A stretch of 64,000 bases of DNA from an uncultured delta proteobacterium (GTDB lineage Bacteria; Myxococcota_A; Polyangia; Polyangiales; Polyangiaceae). The position numbers and the translations under genes were made by a program. The stretch spans positions 768,001 to 832,000 of the forward strand of contig CAWKKR010000008.1 of the NCBI GenBank assembly GCA_963850305.1, in the 5' to 3' direction. Position 1 is the stretch's first letter; every line of letters begins with the position of its first letter. Under the pieces are notes generated by a model, which was not told where the DNA came from, searched no databases, and worked only from the letters and a program-made list of their open reading frames with translations. Below are positions 62,563 to 64,000 of the stretch, in pieces.

Positions 62563-63795
62563 CTACGCCGCATGAGGTTTGATCTCGACTTCGCAGCCGA
62601 GGTCGGTCAAGCGGCGGACGAGGCGTTTGATGGTCTTGCTCTGGTCGCGGCGGTCGAAGTGATGGGGTCCGAGGTCGCGGTAGGGAGTGCCGTCGCGGAG
62701 CATGTAGAAGGCGGCGGTGAGCATCGATGCGGCGACGGCCAAGATCGCCTTCTTTGCTCCACGGCGGGACTTGAGCCGGAGAAACTGGGCTCGAAGGTAG
62801 CTTTCCTTCGTGCGCACCGCGGCCCAGGCGGATGTGACGAGCGTCGTCTTGAGCCAGTTGGCGCTCTTGCGGACGCGCGTCGAGCGACGCTTGCCGGCGC
62901 TCTCGTCGTTGCGGGGGCAGAGGCCGGCCCAGGACACGAGGTGTCCCGCAGACGGGAAGCGCGACATGTCGACGCCGATCTCCGCCACGATCACGTTCGC
63001 GACGATGTCACTCACTCCCGGCATCGTCGTCAGGATCTCGGCGTGCGCCCGGATCGGCTCCAGCGCTTTTCCCGCAGCTGCATCAATCTCGGCCAGGGCC
63101 CCTTCGAGCGAGCCGATGACGCCGAGATGCAGCTTCAGCATGGCTCGGTGATGAGGGGTAACCCGCCCGCGCAGCGCTTCGATCAAGTCGGCCCTCTTCT
63201 TGCGCGCGGTACCGACCGCGAGATCGGCAAGGCGCTCGGGGTCATCTTCTCCGGCGATGAGAGCGGCGAGCATCGCCCGGCCGCTGGTCCCGAGCACGCT
63301 GGACAGGACGCTCGCGACCTTGATGTTCGAGTCCTCGAGCGTTTTCTGTATGCGCAGCGTGTGCTGGGCGATTTCTCGCACGAGCTGCGCGCGCGTTCGA
63401 GTGAGATCGCGCAGCTCCTGGATTCGCGCAGGAGGCACGAAACTGCTGCGGATCAGCCCGTGCGCGAGCAGATCGGCGATCCACGTCGCGTCGTTCACGT
63501 CGGTCTTGCGCCCTGGCACGTTGCGAATGTGCTGGGCGTTCGCGAGCACGAGTTCGAAGCTCCCTTCGAGCATGTGCCAGACCGGCTTCCAGTACACGCC
63601 GGTGGCCTCCATCGCCACGTGGGTCACGCCGTGCTCCTCGAGCCATTCCGCCAGCTCGAAGAGGCTACGTGTGGTCGTGCCGAACGTTCGGACCTCGCGC
63701 CGCGTTGGTTCGCTGACGCAGCGCACGCAGGCAACGACGCTATCCTTGTGGACGTCGAGGCCCGCGCAACGGGGATACATGACTTCCATGACCAT
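62563..63795 (-). CDS. IS110-family DEDD recombinase/transposase
   Basis: Protein identical to 19669-20901. Confidence 0.97.
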   Translation of the reverse strand: MVMEVMYPRCAGLDVHKDSVVACVRCVSEPTRREVRTFGTTTRSLFELAEWLEEHGVTHVAMEATGVYWKPVWHMLEGSFELVLANAQHIRNVPGRKTDVNDATWIADLLAHGLIRSSFVPPARIQELRDLTRTRAQLVREIAQHTLRIQKTLEDSNIKVASVLSSVLGTSGRAMLAALIAGEDDPERLADLAVGTARKKRADLIEALRGRVTPHHRAMLKLHLGVIGSLEGALAEIDAAAGKALEPIRAHAEILTTMPGVSDIVANVIVAEIGVDMSRFPSAGHLVSWAGLCPRNDESAGKRRSTRVRKSANWLKTTLVTSAWAAVRTKESYLRAQFLRLKSRRGAKKAILAVAASMLTAAFYMLRDGTPYRDLGPHHFDRRDQSKTIKRLVRRLTDLGCEVEIKPHAA

Positions 63796-63798
63796 CTC

Positions 63799-64000
63799 CT
63801 CCTTTCGGCGCGTCGAGAGGAGCCCTCGTCATCGAAGTCTACTAGGCGTGCTCCCGGATCTTTCGACCCGCGGTCACAATTCGGGGTGCTCGCAGGGCTC
63901 CGGGTCCATCTACTGAACGGGTTCTTGGCACCAAGTCACGGCCGACCTCGTTCCCGACGCCGCGGCAGGATACACTCGACTCCACCGTCCACGCGACGAC
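63799..64000 (-). ncRNA. Putative IS110 bridge RNA, partial
   Basis: Same non-coding region as copy 1, with guide candidates at 63910-63916 and 63838-63846. Confidence 0.7.

Larger units (their letters stand above)
62550..64000 (-). mobile_element. IS110-family element, copy 2, cut by the window edge
   Basis: Matches 19656-21106 (offset 42894); the only difference I spotted is a synonymous SNP (20191 G / 63085 A). Confidence 0.93.

Noticed and set aside
19656..64000. Composite transposon formed by the two IS110 copies
   Set aside because: They are 43 kb apart, enclose ordinary chromosomal genes and a tRNA, and each sits in its own copy of the target repeat

Overview
GC-rich (roughly 68-70% by eye) bacterial chromosome segment. 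Gene content (Cys-rich lipoproteins, Ser/Thr kinase, ECF sigma/anti-sigma block, IF3 with a C-terminal tail) points to a myxobacterium, probably Polyangiaceae (inference). It holds a housekeeping block (recJ, secF-secD-yajC, tRNA-Val, thrS-infC, tRNA-Ala, pdxA, tldD, a TPR protein), a carbon block (class III fbp, tag, zwf), an accessory signalling/secreted-protein region ending at tRNA-Lys, and a large glycosyltransferase region with several GT-C-like membrane enzymes, an MCP and a sensor kinase. Mobile DNA comprises one IS481 and two near-identical IS110 copies. The most striking signal is a family of structured 70-bp tandem arrays (three arrays plus one relic) with conserved leader and trailer, GNA-triloop hairpins, compensatory changes and CTA-containing flanking duplications. 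Both IS110 copies sit at the same base at the end of such an element. The IS110 upstream non-coding region carries readable bridge-RNA guide segments that match the reconstructed target and donor junctions. Several essential genes have single-base frameshifts or one in-frame stop, most likely assembly errors.
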